Numbered from the stretch's first letter, positions 13,953 through 39,978 are shown. The stretch is 64,000 bases of DNA from Amoebidium appalachense (GCA_963693365.1 CAVNZM010000003.1:14416914-14480913), one strand, 5' to 3'. Numbers and translations are program-made. The notes: a model not told the origin generated them from the letters alone.

Positions 13953-14877
13953 TGTTGTAATACGTAGTATTTATATATGGTAAGATCTTCTCAGTTTGTG
14001 TTATGTTTCAGTTCATATGCTTAGTGTAAAAGCTACACTCCTATTATGTAAAGTGTAGCATCGATCTCCGATATGCTTGTATACTTGTAATCGTCTTGTA
14101 TCGGCTTTAATCGTGTGTTGTAATATCGATTAGAATATTTATTTGTGTGTACACGGATCCACCCACTCAGGGAGAGACGTGTACATGTTCGTGTGTACAT
14201 AAATATCTCTGGTTATAGTTATGCTATTGCTATCTTGTTTGTTGATCCGTGCTCTCTTTTCCTTCCTCTTTCTCCTTCCTTATTTTCTTTTCTTTCTCTC
14301 TTTGTCTTCATGTGTATAATCATATTTCTTTTCTACTAATATATGTTAGGTAGATTTGTGTTACTTAATACGTGTTCATTGGACGGTAACACACTTAGGC
14401 TACACTTAGAATAGCATGTGTGTTTAGACTTCATTAATTTACTTTAGTTTTCATGTGTTGCCGGGCTCTAACCAATCATCAAGGTTAAGTGTGATATGTC
14501 TGAGTCTTTGCAGTATGTCATAGGTTAGAACTTCCTTGATGATGACACAAGTTGACCTTAACTAGTGTCTGTGTCCTATCGTGTGCGTCTCCGCGTACCG
14601 GATCTCTCTGAAAGCAATTGGTTCTTAGTGATTGGTTTCTATTAGAGATAGATCTGATTTCCGACTGGTCGGAAATCATGTATGGATTGGACTTAGAGGA
14701 ATTTCAGGTATTTATTCGAAGATCAGAATAAATTCAGTTCAGTCGTGTCTAAACATTGATGTCTGTTGTGTACACTGCTCCGATCGTTCCGTGTTTTGTT
14801 GTTGTGTGTGTCTGTGGTGTTTTTACACTGCACCACTGTGTCTCTGCTTTCATCCCAAATACTTATACAGTTCAACA
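13953..14877. mobile_element. Solo LTR (second copy inverted at 56184-57108)
   Basis: TGTTG...CAACA ends, ~925 bp. Near-identical reverse complement of 56184-57108. Embedded in CT/CA microsatellite. Confidence 0.9.
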
Positions 14878-14881
14878 CACA

Positions 14882-15851
<970 letters not shown>

Positions 15852-15870
15852 CTCACACACACACACACAC

Positions 15871-15993
<123 letters not shown>

Positions 15994-16004
15994 CTCTCTC
16001 TCTC

Positions 16005-16040
<36 letters not shown>

Positions 16041-16689
16041 ATCAAAAAAAAAAAAAAAAAAAAGTTCTCTCCCGTGTGACCGTGTGAGTCTAGGCACTCA
16101 GTCTCGGCCAATCATGCGGCGCAGCTGTCAGCTGATCGCACGTGAATGTGTACGTGATCTGCAGGAATGCATCAGGCAATCCGGCAAAAACAAATTTATG
16201 TCAACAACGGAACGTGGTCACTGGTTGCGATAACAAAAACGTCACAGAATTAACGTATCTTTCTTATCTCGTTTTATCTAGCTAGTTACCAAAATTATAA
16301 AGGAATATCACAAAAATTATAGTATATCGGAGAACGAAAGCTGGCCAACATGAACATCTGATTATAATGGCATTCTGTTTGTAACTATTGTTTATAAAGT
16401 ATTGTTGAGGGTTTATTGAGCCCTCTCATAGCCGGTTGGCCCGTGCTGCCGGGTAGATCCTCGCATGTGAGCGGAGAGTCGTGCACCAGGCTTCCAGCGG
16501 CCATAATGTTGATTCCCGGAGGCAATTTCATTTAAATTTTAATTTGCCTATGTTAAGTTCTAACTTTTTGACCATAAATACGCGTCATTGAAGATACTTC
16601 ACGGCTTATCTATTGTGTGCTCACACCTTCGAGCTCAGGACCGTGGGCGGACGCCGTGCACCCTTGTCATGCTATCGGCTCCCTGGACC

Positions 16690-16912
16690 TCCAAAGATGG
16701 GGCGCAATGGGTTTCAAACATTTTTTATAATGACTTTATTTAAACATTTGTGGTTTCCAGGAATCCAGATCTCCGTTATGATCAGGTTGTTAATGATTGA
16801 TTAACGGGGTACATTTGCATCTTTTCCTGTTTTTTTTTACATGAGAATTCATATCAATAAAGTCATTATAAAAAATATTTATTTTACTCATCTGGACACC
16901 CATTTTAGTGCT
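16690..16912. repeat. Small inverted-repeat (MITE-like) element
   Basis: TTTTTTATAATGACTTTATT (~16721) and AATAAAGTCATTATAAAAAA (~16856) are reverse complements, with weaker outer similarity. Confidence 0.5.
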
Positions 16913-17929
16913 AGAGTTTGGGGGATTTGACTCCATTTGTTTGTTAACCAATAGGAATCAGTCACAATCCCCTGTTACAACCAATCGGTGGCAATTGCTA
17001 AGGAGACTCTGACGGGGGCATTCTCAGTCGGCGGGCGGCCTAACCCACCACAACCTTGCTCCCAATGATTCCAGAAGACTGTATGTCATTTCTTCCGGTG
17101 TAGAAGACCAATTAGGAAAGCAAAAAGTTAATGATATGAGAATTTCTAGGCGGAAACAGGAACTAGTATTATGTTCGTAGCGCCATCTTCGGCTGTGCTC
17201 AGTGAGCTGCACCTCATCTCGGTACGGATGCGCGACTGTGAACGTTCCTCCACAGGGTAGGAAATTTGTAAAAAAAGACTTGACGGATTTGAGAACTGCA
17301 CGCACCAACCCAGTGGCACGAGCACGCTTTTTTTCAGAGGGCCGTGGCCATGGGCACGAGGCTCCGAGCCACAGACGTCCCGCCTTCATTACCTTCGCGT
17401 GGACCAAGGCTCGGAGCTGCTGAGCACCCCTTTATAGCTACGGCGATAGTGGAATCACATTTTCGGCGTACGAGTTTCTCAAATAGTTTTAGTACTCGTG
17501 TTGACAAAACGTTTATAAATTTTAAATATGTACGTACAATGGTCGTGTCTGCAGGCTCAGTGCAATGCGAAAGCTGTGATAATTGATTAAAAAGTGGGTA
17601 TTAATAGCTAACCCTGATGCAACGTCACGTCGTTGGCAGCCGCAACAATTCCGAAATATCCTGGGAGTTTCCGAATTCTTGGTTGAACAGTTGATTTTCC
17701 AATGTTAACCACAAAAGATAGCACAAATTTATTTATTTCAAGATTTGTACATCACAAAACCTTCTCCATTATAAATGGCTGGCAAATCAATGTTCGCTCT
17801 CGCCGTCGCATGGGGATCGCGAATAAATCACGAACTAAAGACTGTTGTTCCATTTTTCCAGGAATGTGCGCCATTATTACGTACCTTACTATAATTGGCT
17901 AACAAATTACTATTGGTTTAGGGGTATTG

Positions 17930-19999
17930 CGGCAAGGTACGTGATCTGTTGTTTTCATGCCGGGAAGTTGCTTCAAAAACACGTTCGGTGGCTGTGGTGA
18001 AGGGCATTTGACACGCACGCTTTCCGCCGGCCTTTCTCCCCTTTTTTTCCTGTGTCTGCCGTTTTGTCTTTATAAATCGGTTGTCAGCTAAGACAGCATC
18101 GTTTGTCTCTTTCTTTCTTTTTTTTTTTTTTTTTGCCCCAACCCCTCTCCTTCTACCTTCTGCAAACACGACGCTTTGTCCTGATCACCACTTCTGCGAG
18201 GGACTGCATCTACACCCTTAGGCTAGCTAGCTGATGTTGCTGACCTGCCGAGGATCCGTCCACCAGAAAGTGTGAGAGAGTTGTGCTCGCAAGGCTTCTT
18301 TCACTGAGCAGTGAACTGTAAACTGAGAGGAGAAGGTCTGCAGTTGGGCCCGGCTTCTTGTTTGAATCAGCAGCTTGAAGTGCCCTGCAATTACTTTGGC
18401 TGGCGCGGAATGGTTTTCGCATTTCTTGCAAGTGGAGTAAATCAGGGCAGTGACAGAGTCGCTTGCTCTTTGATGTACCTTGCCGGTTCTCTCTGGGGAA
18501 CTCCCATGGTTACGGCCGCACAAGTCAAGGGGCAGGACCAGCCTGAAACGGAGGTGAGATTAGGCGTCTATCCGGACTATGAGTCATTTTGTCTGCATGA
18601 TGCCTGAAAGCTCACGACTTGGTCCGGCTGTCTCGGAGTCGCTGTTCCAGTGTCTGATGAATCATTCTCAAAACTTTAAGCGGCTGTTTTCGATGGCACG
18701 ATGATCAGGAAACCTGTGCTTTGTTTTCTTTCTCTATTTTTTTACTCCTGAGCTTGCAGGCAGTGATTGCCAGGTTTGCATATGTAGCCACTGCTCAGTG
18801 AAAGAAGCCTTGCGAGCACAACTCTCTCACACTTTCCGGATCCAGAAAGCTAAAGCATGGCCGTGACCTAGGCCTGCATAGTCACGCCGTCAATGGTTGT
18901 TATTAGTTTAGAACTCATTCTGAAGGCCTTGTGTTGGAGTTTTTGGGCTTGATAACTTGGTCAGTGTAATCGCATGTCCGTCTATCCTGCGAGTCCGTCT
19001 CTCATCGCCTGCCAACATCGGCTACAGTATTTACAAGGTCATCGTTAGCAGGAAGACTGAGTAAATGGGACTGACGCCATGGCACTTTGTGAGCTCTAAA
19101 TCCGGCCCACACCACTGATCTGTCACCTGATTGAAAACGGTTTTAAAGTTTATGCTTTGGAAAGAGATGTGCCGCTTCCTATTTACAGCTCTGACAAGTA
19201 TGCCCAGAACTCAATACAAGGTAGTGCGCAAGCGTAACTGTGGCTTTGTAGTTCTGGGACTATTTTCGTTGACTTTTTTGGTAGCATTTTTTGGCAAGTG
19301 TTAGTAAAACTTTTCCAAATTTTCACCCGGGACTCATGTTTCCTCCACCGTAACAGACTTGAACTTCAAGTTTACGACTTCTCTCTCATCGCACGCCGAT
19401 ACATCCCAACCGTTGGAGCCCAAGTTACTAAGCTGCGATAGTACGATGATGACTGCAGCACAGGCCCCCAACACCGCAAAGATGAATGGAACCGTAGTGA
19501 ACGGGGTAAGTGTGCTTTGTTTTTCCTTCCAGACGGGTTCAATGGTGCTATACCATTGTTTTAGAAGTTTTGACATGGTCACCGTCACAACGGTTTTGGT
19601 TTCCGAGCCGGTTGGGTGATGTTAGTTTGTACATGTACACTTGTGTGCCAAGCTCGGCCTATTCTCTTTGAAAGCCTTAGCAATGTTTTGGACTTGTTGA
19701 GCTGTCGACAAACCCTCTTTTGAAATGAGAGGCTCCTGTTTGAACTCTTTTTTCCCCTGACCCGGGCCTAATAAATAATTCGAGGTCACACGAAGTTGTC
19801 GGGCTTTATTTCAGTTGCTGAGTAGGGCTTCACCCGACGTGCAGTATTTAGCGTGTCATCGGTGAGTTTCTGCAATAAACTTTGAAGCTTTTGTAGAATC
19901 CATATCGGTAGTGGTAGGTTTTATCGATTTAGTTCATTAAATTTTAAAGCTTCTGTGCTCTTAATCTTCTATCGCCTTCCCTTCACCGCGTGCCTTTTT

Positions 20000-20025
<26 letters not shown>
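17930..20025 (+). ncRNA. Candidate ~2-kb highly structured RNA (long 5' leader of BOULE-like gene, or separate ncRNA)
   Basis: Perfect 48-bp helix 18266-18313/18789-18836 enclosing nested helices. Further domains continue to ~20020. Wobbles read as G-U on the + strand. No credible ORF and almost no microsatellite. Confidence 0.6.
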
Positions 20026-30031
<10,006 letters not shown>

Positions 30032-30767
30032 AATTTCAATCGCACACATGTTTTCAGACGCAAATGTTGACGCACTATAGTGTATTGCCTGGTGCATGCA
30101 CCCGGATTTAGTCGTTGGAGGTGATTTCTGTAGTGACTGAAATGGCGGGTTGCAGTTGGGCCACGGAAGAGATGTGGAAAAGGGTTGGGAGTGTTAAGAT
30201 TGTCAGGTTATATGCTATATGTAGTGTGCTAGCTAGCGTTGTGTTTTCCATCTGTGATGGGATTTAGTGTGAATATGTGCAACAGGTATAGAACGGAGCA
30301 ACACGAGTGATCATCTCTGGGAGCATTTCTGTTAATCTGAAACGATCGTCTGTCTCTTTTTGTTAAGATTGTGCATGTGAAGATGCATGTGTGTTTATTC
30401 TACCACGGGGACTATCGCATAAGCGCGATATTCAATTTTTAGTTTCCCGCCTTCTTTGTATTGTTACATCGGTTTTAAGGTTTTTATTTGTGGTTATTTT
30501 CTCTGTGTTTATGTCACGTGTACATATACATTTCACGATATTTTGATACTAGCTGAGCTTACTAGCTGTGCGGCAAACATCGAACACATGCCATTAAAAC
30601 GCACGTGTTTTGCGTTTTTGTGTGTATGTGTGTGTTAGTCGTGTTATATTAGGCGAGCACTCGTGCCGTTCTTCAATTGCAATGCACGATATTTAACTTG
30701 CCTATAGAGAACTGTGAACCTTGTGTGATCGGATGCCTTTTGGACACTAGGTTTTACAACCCCCGCC

Positions 30768-30801
<34 letters not shown>

Positions 30802-30848
30802 CCCCGGCCCCTCCCCACCCTCCCCACCACCACCACCACAACCACACG

Positions 30849-30879
<31 letters not shown>

Positions 30880-30992
30880 CATCACCACCACCACGGCCAG
30901 TACCACCCACGCTACAATTTTGCAAAAACATGAGATAATGAAGGAAAATATATCAAAAAAACAAGGTGTGTGTGTGTGTGTGTGTGTGTGAT

Positions 30993-31069
<77 letters not shown>

Positions 31070-31753
31070 GGGAGGGGGAGGGGAGGGAGGGAGGGGGGAG
31101 GGAGGGAGGGAGGGAGGGAGGGGGGAGGGAGAGGGAGAGGGGGAGAGAGAGAGAGGGCAGATATATTCAGCCAAAGCTGCAGATTTATTGTACAGAAGCA
31201 AAATTATCCTGCTGATGCTAGCAGGATAAGCTCGCTGCAAGCTAAATTGTTCTGCAAAAGAGAGATTTATTCTCGGTCTGAAACACAGAATCACTCCAGG
31301 TTTTTTTCCAAAAAAAAAAAATCAGCAAAAGCATTAACATTATGATAGCATTCTGTACCGTGAGCAGATTTTTATAACGTTGCTGTTGGGCACTGCATAA
31401 ATTAAAAACACACACAGACGACCTCGTATAGCCTCGCACACGCCTTTAAATACAGCGGTTCGAAAGACCTGGCAGGGAATATGCTGTTTATTAACGACAT
31501 GTATGTGAGCTGTGATGGTGTGTCGGCACCAAGGAAAACAGTACTTCCACCCAACAAGATACACATGTGGAAAAAAAAAAAAGACGGGTTTTCATGTGTG
31601 TAGATATAACGTACAAGATATACATCCTAAGTTGAGATAAAACGTTCTTTGTTTGTTTGTTTTGTTTTATGCTTTTTAGCTAGGAGGGAGATACTCACCA
31701 CATAAAACCAGAGCTAGTACATGCACCCGTGCAGATACTGAGGACTGTGCTTC

Positions 31754-31873
<120 letters not shown>

Positions 31874-32760
31874 ACGTGCATATACGTTTTGGGTGTGTGC
31901 ATGCGCACAAGTAGTGTCTATGCATGAGCGGGTGCAGATTAGCATCCAATGTAGCTCCACCAACACAACCATCACCGTACAATCATTAAACGATAAAAAC
32001 AGGGATTTTTGAGACTGAAACCAACATTAAAGCAACTACGCACAAACACCCTGCCTTATGGTGGGAATGGGGAGGACCCACCACCCATGAATTTCTCTTG
32101 TGGGTGCCGACTGCTTTAGCCAATCAATCATCCTCGATCTCGCCCTGCAAAGGCATTGGTAAAAAAAGGAAGCACGTGGTGTTTTTGGGGGGGGGAAGGG
32201 GGGGAGGGGGGGTAGTGGGAGGGGGAGAAGAGGGAGATTGGGGGCTGAGGGGGGAAGAATATGGTAGGGTCCGGGTGTGGTGGAGATGGGGGGAGGTGAG
32301 GGGGTTTTTTGGGGGGGGGGAGGGGGGGGGGGGGGGGGGGGGAGGTGAGAACGCAGGGAATGTGTGAAAGTATCGAGAGGAGCAACGGTGAGGAATGAGG
32401 GGCGATGGGTGGTGAAGGGGACTCTGAGGATCTCTCTCCCTCCCTCCCTTCCCAAGGCTTCCTCCTTTCCTCCTCCCCCCCCCCCCCTCCCCCCCTCCCC
32501 CTCCCTTCCTCCCTCCCTCCCTCCCTCCCTTCCTCTCTCTATGTATGTGTGTTTGTGCTGTTCTTAGCATTTCATCTCTCTCTTTATCTGTGTGTGTGTA
32601 ACTGTGCCTGTCACCATCATGCAATGAACCGAAGCACCAACATTCATTTTTGGTGGCCTATTTTCCATTTCAAACAGCGAACTCTACTAGTATAGGCACT
32701 AAAAGATAAGGGGAGGGGCAGGGATGGAGAGGCGAGGAGTTGCCAGGACGGTGTGTGAGT

Positions 32761-32809
<49 letters not shown>

Positions 32810-32938
32810 CTGTGTGTGTCTTTGTATGTGTGTGTGTGTGTGTGTGTAAGGGGGGGAGGAGGAGAGGGGGGGGGAGGCTGTGTGTGTGGGGAGGGGGGAG
32901 GGGGGGGGGGGGGAGGGGGGAGAAGGGGGGGGGGGGGA

Positions 32939-32973
<35 letters not shown>

Positions 32974-32983
32974 CTGAACTCAC

Positions 32984-34009
32984 AATAGTGACCTGGCCTT
33001 GCAGGTGTGTGAGGTCCCATGGGCATTCCCCCTTGAGATCCATCTCTAGTTTGCGCAGGGAGGGATGGCCCCCTAGACACAACAGACTGCTGACTTGGGG
33101 CAAATTCCCAACCGCTAGGCTGGTGAGGTTTGTGCACTGCGAGTGCACTGATATCGGCGAGGTAGCGAAAGGGTTTCCAATGCCGGTAGTTCGGAAAGAG
33201 GGGCAAGGGTGGTGATGTCCGGTAGAGCAGAAAAAGTGAGACGGCGTAGGCGCATGCACGTGGCAAGAGGTTCAATGGATGTGAAGCTGCCGGCTTCAAG
33301 GAGGACGAGGTTTTCGAGGGGTAGGCCGGCGAGTGGTTCGATGGAAGAAACCTTACATAACTCAAGCTCGATACGTGTTAGTTGCGTGCACGTGCGTAGT
33401 GGTTCGATGCTATCCATCTTTGCATCATACACCGCAAATGATTTGATTGTGCTTCCCGCTAGCGCCGTGATGTCTAGACTTAACCCACCGGGGGGACAGT
33501 TAACAAACGTCATTCGTACGCTTTTCAGGCTGCGGTTAGAACAGGCCGGCCCAAGGGTGTCAATGTTTATATCGACCATACCCAACTCTTGCAGGTTTGG
33601 TTGGTCGACGAGAGAAAACTCACATACTTCTCTGCAGCCACGCAGTAGAATATTGGTTAGGTTGGTTACGCCCAACGGGGCAAGCTCCGATGCATGTACA
33701 ACCCAATTACCCGAAAAGTCTAATTCTCGAAGTGTTTTTGCTGACCCCCCTAGGAACCGAACATTCATCTGCCCCGCCTTACCACCATGATACGAAAAAG
33801 ACACCTTGGTAAGACCCACACTATCCACCCGTCACCCCTTCCACACCATCCATCTCCACGGTACGTAGGGCCGGAAGGGCAGAAATATTCCGAACTTCAA
33901 CCGTGTGCCCCTCTCCTGCTTTCACAAAAAGGGTGTTTAGGTGTGGACATGCCGCAAGGGGGGACAGATCCCAAATGGTAACGTCGACGTCGTTAAGATG
34001 TAACGTGCG
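32984..34009 (-). pseudogene. 5'-truncated duplicate of F-box/LRR gene A
   Basis: Same sequence as 37199-38224 and begins at the duplication junction. Confidence 0.9.
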
Positions 34010-34061
34010 TTTCCTTACCTTTTTTGACATAATTTACATTGACGCTAAAGAGTGCTGTCTT

Positions 34062-34097
<36 letters not shown>

Positions 34098-34111
34098 ACA
34101 CACACACACAG

Positions 34112-34267
34112 GTAAATGTTGCGGCACTGTCGCAGCAGATCGGCACCATGTCCCTTGGACCTTCCCAGGGCAGGCCCATGTATGGACCCTCCCGTGGCCA
34201 TTTCGCCCTCAACCCCAACCACCCGGCCTATAACCCCCTGGCCCAGCCCGCAGCCCCCCCATCTTGA
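34112..34267 (+). other. Duplicate of the BOULE-like terminal exon (with acceptor and 3' UTR)
   Basis: Identical to 29876-30031 (VNVAALSQQ...PAAPPS*). Confidence 0.9.
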
Positions 34268-35082
34268 AATTTCAATCGCACACATGTTTTCAGACGCAAA
34301 TGTTGACGCACTATAGTGTATTGCCTGGTGCATGCACCCGGATTTAGTCGTTGGAGGTGATTTCTGTAGTGACTGAAATGGCGGGTTGCAGTTGGGCCAC
34401 GGAAGAGATGTGGAAAAGGGTTGGGAGTGTTAAGATTGTCAGGTTATATGCTATATGTAGTGTGCTAGCTAGCGTTGTGTTTTCCATCTGTGATGGGATT
34501 TAGTGTGAATATGTGCAACAGGTATAGAACGGAGCAACACGAGTGATCATCTCTGGGAGCATTTCTGTTAATCTGAAACGATCGTCTGTCTCTTTTTGTT
34601 AAGATTGTGCATGTGAAGATGCATGTGTGTTTATTCTACCACGGGGACTATCGCATAAGCGCGATATTCAATTTTTAGTTTCCCGCCTTCTTTGTATTGT
34701 TACATCGGTTTTAAGGTTTTTATTTGTGGTTATTTTCTCTGTGTTTATGTCACGTGTACATATACATTTCACGATATTTTGATACTAGCTGAGCTTACTA
34801 GCTGTGCGGCAAACATCGAACACATGCCATTAAAACGCACGTGTTTTGCGTTTTTGTGTGTATGTGTGTGTTAGTCGTGTTATATTAGGCGAGCACTCGT
34901 GCCGTTCTTCAATTGCAATGCACGATATTTAACTTGCCTATAGAGAACTGTGAACCTTGTGTGATCGGATGCCTTTTGGACACTAGGTTTTACAACCCCG
35001 CCCCTCCCCCCCCCCCCCCCCCCCCCCCCCTCCCCCCCGGCCCCTCCCCCACCCTCCCCACCACCACCACCACAACCACACG

Positions 35083-35113
<31 letters not shown>

Positions 35114-35226
35114 CATCACCACCACCACGGCCAGTACCACCCACGCTACAATTTTGCAAAAACATGAGATAATGAAGGAAAATATATCAAAAAAACAAGG
35201 TGTGTGTGTGTGTGTGTGTGTGTGAT

Positions 35227-35280
<54 letters not shown>

Positions 35281-35990
35281 CGTGTGTGTGTGTGTGTGTG
35301 AGGGGGAGGGGAGGGGAGGGGAGGGAGGGGGGAGGGAGGGAGGGAGGGAGGGAGGGGGGAGGGAGAGGGAGAGGGGGAGAGAGAGAGAGGGCAGATATAT
35401 TCAGCCAAAGCTGCAGATTTATTGTACAGAAGCAAAATTATCCTGCTGATGCTAGCAGGATAAGCTCGCTGCAAGCTAAATTGTTCTGCAAAAGAGAGAT
35501 TTATTCTCGGTCTGAAACACAGAATCACTCCAGGTTTTTTTTCCAAAAAAAAAAAAATCAGCAAAAGCATTAACATTATGATAGCATTCTGTACCGTGAG
35601 CAGATTTTTATAACGTTGCTGTTGGGCACTGCATAAATTAAAAACACACACAGACGACCTCGTATAGCCTCGCACACGCCTTTAAATACAGCGGTTCGAA
35701 AGACCTGGCAGGGAATATGCTGTTTATTAACGACATGTATGTGAGCTGTGATGGTGTGTCGGCACCAAGGAAAACAGTACTTCCACCCAACAAGATACAC
35801 ATGTGGAAAAAAAAAAAAAGACGGGTTTTCATGTGTGTAGATATAACGTACAAGATATACATCCTAAGTTGAGATAAAACGTTCTTTGTTTGTTTGTTTT
35901 GTTTTATGCTTTTTAGCTAGGAGGGAGATACTCACCACATAAAACCAGAGCTAGTACATGCACCCGTGCAGATACTGAGGACTGTGCTTC

Positions 35991-36108
<118 letters not shown>

Positions 36109-36995
36109 ACGTGCATATACGTTTTGGGTGTGTGCATGCGCACAAGTAGTGTCTATGCATGAGCGGGTGCAGATTAGCATCCAATGTAGCTCCACCAACA
36201 CAACCATCACCGTACAATCATTAAACGATAAAAACAGGGATTTTTGAGACTGAAACCAACATTAAAGCAACTACGCACAAACACCCTGCCTTATGGTGGG
36301 AATGGGAGGACCCACCACCCATGAATTTCTCTTGTGGGTGCCGACTGCTTTAGCCAATCAATCATCCTCGATCTCGCCCTGCAAAGGCATTGGTAAAAAA
36401 AAGGAAGCACGTGGTGTTTTTGGGGGGGGGAAGGGGGGGGAGGGGGGGTAGTGGGAGGGGAGAAGAGGGAGATTGGGGGCTGAGGGGGAAGAATATGGTA
36501 GGGTCCGGGTGTGGTGGAGATGGGGGGAGGTGAGGGGGTTTTTTGGGGGGGGGGGGGGGAGGGGGGGGGGGGGGGGAGGTGAGAACGCAGGGAATGTGTG
36601 AAAGTATCGAGAGGAGCAACGGTGAGGAATGAGGGGCGATGGGTGGTGAAGGGGACTCTGAGGATCTCTCTCCCTCCCTCCCTTCCCAAGGCTTCCTCCT
36701 TTCCTCCCCTCCCCCCCCCTCCCCCCCCCCTCCCCCTCCCTTCCTCCCTCCCTCCCTCCCTCCCTTCCTCTCTCTATGTATGTGTGTTTGTGCTGTTCTT
36801 AGCATTTCATCTCTCTCTTTATCTGTGTGTGTGTAACTGTGCCTGTCACCATCATGCAATGAACCGAAGCACCAACATTCATTTTTGGTGGCCTATTTTC
36901 CATTTCAAACAGCGAACTCTACTAGTATAGGCACTAAAAGATAAGGGGAGGGGCAGGGATGGAGAGGCGAGGAGTTGCCAGGACGGTGTGTGAGT

Positions 36996-37039
<44 letters not shown>

Positions 37040-37198
37040 TGTGTGTGTCTTTGTATGTGTGTGTGTGTGTGTGTGTGAGGGGGGGGGGAGGAGGAGAGGG
37101 GGGGAGGCTGTGTGTGTGGGGAGGGGGGAGGGGGGGGGGAGGGGGGAGAAGGGGGGGGGGGGGGGGAGGAGGGGGGGGGGGGGGGGGGCTGAACTCAC

Positions 37199-38993
37199 AA
37201 TAGTGACCTGGCCTTGCAGGTGTGTGAGGTCCCATGGGCATTCCCCCTTGAGATCCATCTCTAGTTTGCGCAGGGAGGGATGGCCCCCTAGACACAACAG
37301 ACTGCTGACTTGGGGCAAATTCCCAACCGCTAGGCTGGTGAGGTTTGTGCACTGCGAGTGCACTGATATCGGCGAGGTAGCGAAAGGGTTTCCAATGCCG
37401 GTAGTTCGGAAAGAGGGGCAAGGGTGGTGATGTCCGGTAGAGCAGAAAAAGTGAGACGGCGTAGGCGCATGCACGTGGCAAGAGGTTCAATGGATGTGAA
37501 GCTGCCGGCTTCAAGGAGGACGAGGTTTTCGAGGGGTAGGCCGGCGAGTGGTTCGATGGAAGAAACCTTACATAACTCAAGCTCGATACGTGTTAGTTGC
37601 GTGCACGTGCGTAGTGGTTCGATGCTATCCATCTTTGCATCATACACCGCAAATGATTTGATTGTGCTTCCCGCTAGCGCCGTGATGTCTAGACTTAACC
37701 CACCGGGGGGACAGTTAACAAACGTCATTCGTACGCTTTTCAGGCTGCGGTTAGAACAGGCCGGCCCAAGGGTGTCAATGTTTATATCGACCATACCCAA
37801 CTCTTGCAGGTTTGGTTGGTCGACGAGAGAAAACTCACATACTTCTCTGCAGCCACGCAGTAGAATATTGGTTAGGTTGGTTACGCCCAACGGGGCAAGC
37901 TCCGATGCATGTACAACCCAATTACCCGAAAAGTCTAATTCTCGAAGTGTTTTTGCTGACCCCCCTAGGAACCGAACATTCATCTGCCCCGCCTTACCAC
38001 CATGATACGAAAAAGACACCTTGGTAAGACCCACACTATCCACCCGTCACCCCTTCCACACCATCCATCTCCACGGTACGTAGGGCCGGAAGGGCAGAAA
38101 TATTCCGAACTTCAACCGTGTGCCCCTCTCCTGCTTTCACAAAAAGGGTGTTTAGGTGTGGACATGCCGCAAGGGGGGACAGATCCCAAATGGTAACGTC
38201 GACGTCGTTAAGATGTAACGTGCGCAGGTTGGTAACCGCTCCGATGAACGATATTCCGAATTCGTACAGAAAACCATCCCCATCACCCATGGTCAAACTG
38301 CGAAATTCCGACGCACACCGCAGGACGGATCGTATCGAGTCAGTCGCTCTGGCAAAGAACTTGGCCGTTTTTAAAGACGCCTTGTTCCAACTGACCGATT
38401 CGGGCCAGAAAAACCCGGTTACACTCAGCTCGTGAAGATTTGGACAACGTTCCCACAAAAACAAAATAAGCGCCGCCTCCCCGGTCGTATCACGCGGACC
38501 CTCGCTGTCATGTGCAGACAAAGGCAACGTGAGATTTCTCGACTGCGCTCCCTTCTTAATAATTACAGGCCGCAAAAACGCTTCCAAATCGTCCAAATAG
38601 CACGGTCTGGAATCGGTGCACGTTACTTTCAGGGCTACGAGATTTGGGAGCGACATTAACACAAACGCTAACATTGCGCTTTGAAACACCGTCGCAGGGC
38701 CATCCGTGAACTCCAAATCGGCCAGATCTACTTGTACGGCGGCGATTGTTTTTGCCCACGCGTGCAGGAAAAGGGTAAAGGCACATGTTAACCACTTCGA
38801 CAGTTTACCGTCCGCATCTGGCACTCGTTAGATATCAGGAATCCTTATGCCGACAAGACCTGCATGAATGCTGCGCGCAACGTTGCAAAGCACGTGGCAT
38901 GTTGCCGAAAGTGAGCACCAGTCATTGAGGGGCAGGTGGCGGACAATGGACCCGAGCAGCTCTGTGGGCAACAGAGACAGAGGGCAGGCTGGT

Positions 38994-39025
<32 letters not shown>

Positions 39026-39930
39026 GGTTGGGGGGGAGGGGGGGGGGGGGGGGGGGGGGGAGGATGTTGGTCAGAACGGAGCATGTTCATAATTATTCTT
39101 TGTGCATAGAAAAATACTCATGTTTGTGTGATCATAAGGGCCTTCTTTTTTCCCCTTTCATTCTGTTCCCACCACGTGTACCACCCACTGAAGACTTACG
39201 AGATGTCCTCCTACCTTTCAAATCTCCATTCTTCTCCGAAGCCCCCCCACCCCCCCCTCCCCCCCCCCCCCCCCCCCCCTCCCTCCCCCTTCTCCCTTTC
39301 CAGTGTACCTGCAACCCCCCCCCCCCCCCCCTCCCCCCTTCTCCAACTTCTCTTGAACTTGCAATCCTCCTCCCCCCCCCCCCCCCCCTCCTCTTCCATC
39401 CCGCCCACACAGTTGTTAACTAAAAGACACCCTCCTATCCTCCATCCCAGCTATCCCCCCCCCCCCCCCCCCCCCCTTCAAAAAAATAAAATAAAATAAA
39501 TGAAAATAAAAATAAAAATAAAAATAAAAATAAAAAAGAAAGAAAGAAAGAAAGAAAGAAAAGAAAAGCCCTCATTGGCCCCTTTCCCTCGAACTGCAAC
39601 CCCCCTCAGCATCTTACCTCTCAAGTGCCTTCCTTAATCTCACCTCCCTTCCCTCTAATCCCCCCACTTCCGCCAACATCGTTCTGAGCTCCTGCTACCT
39701 TTCCCCGTATTTCCCTGAAAAAATGCTCAAAATTGTCCCCCTTTAGAACCCTATCCCCCCACCCCCCCCCCCCCCCCCCCCCCCCCCCCCGACAAAAAAA
39801 AAAAAAAAAAAAAAAACCTTGTCTGCAGGGGTGACATAAGACGCACAGGGTTCAGGAAAGGACAGGGGGAAAGCAACAGGTGGAAAACAAAAGATGTTGG
39901 AAGGAACTGGTGTGTGTGTGTGGTGGTGGT

Positions 39931-39978
<48 letters not shown>

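Noticed and set aside
17024-17900. Possible degenerate minus-strand coding sequence
   Set aside because: Multiple stops and no recognisable motif, so it cannot be assigned.
18325-18345. GAAGGTCTG resembling RNase P RNA CR-I
   Set aside because: No complementary CR-V (CAGAC) near the 3' end, so the P4 pseudoknot cannot form.
18654-18675. CTGATGA as a hammerhead ribozyme core
   Set aside because: No stem II followed by GAAA at the required spacing.
19334-19619. Short ORFs on both strands in the structured leader
   Set aside because: No homology or splice support; the sequence is better explained by base-pairing, although uORF roles are not excluded.
37424-38005. Antisense ORFs over LRR and Copia coding regions
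   Set aside because: Shadow frames of GC-rich coding sequence.
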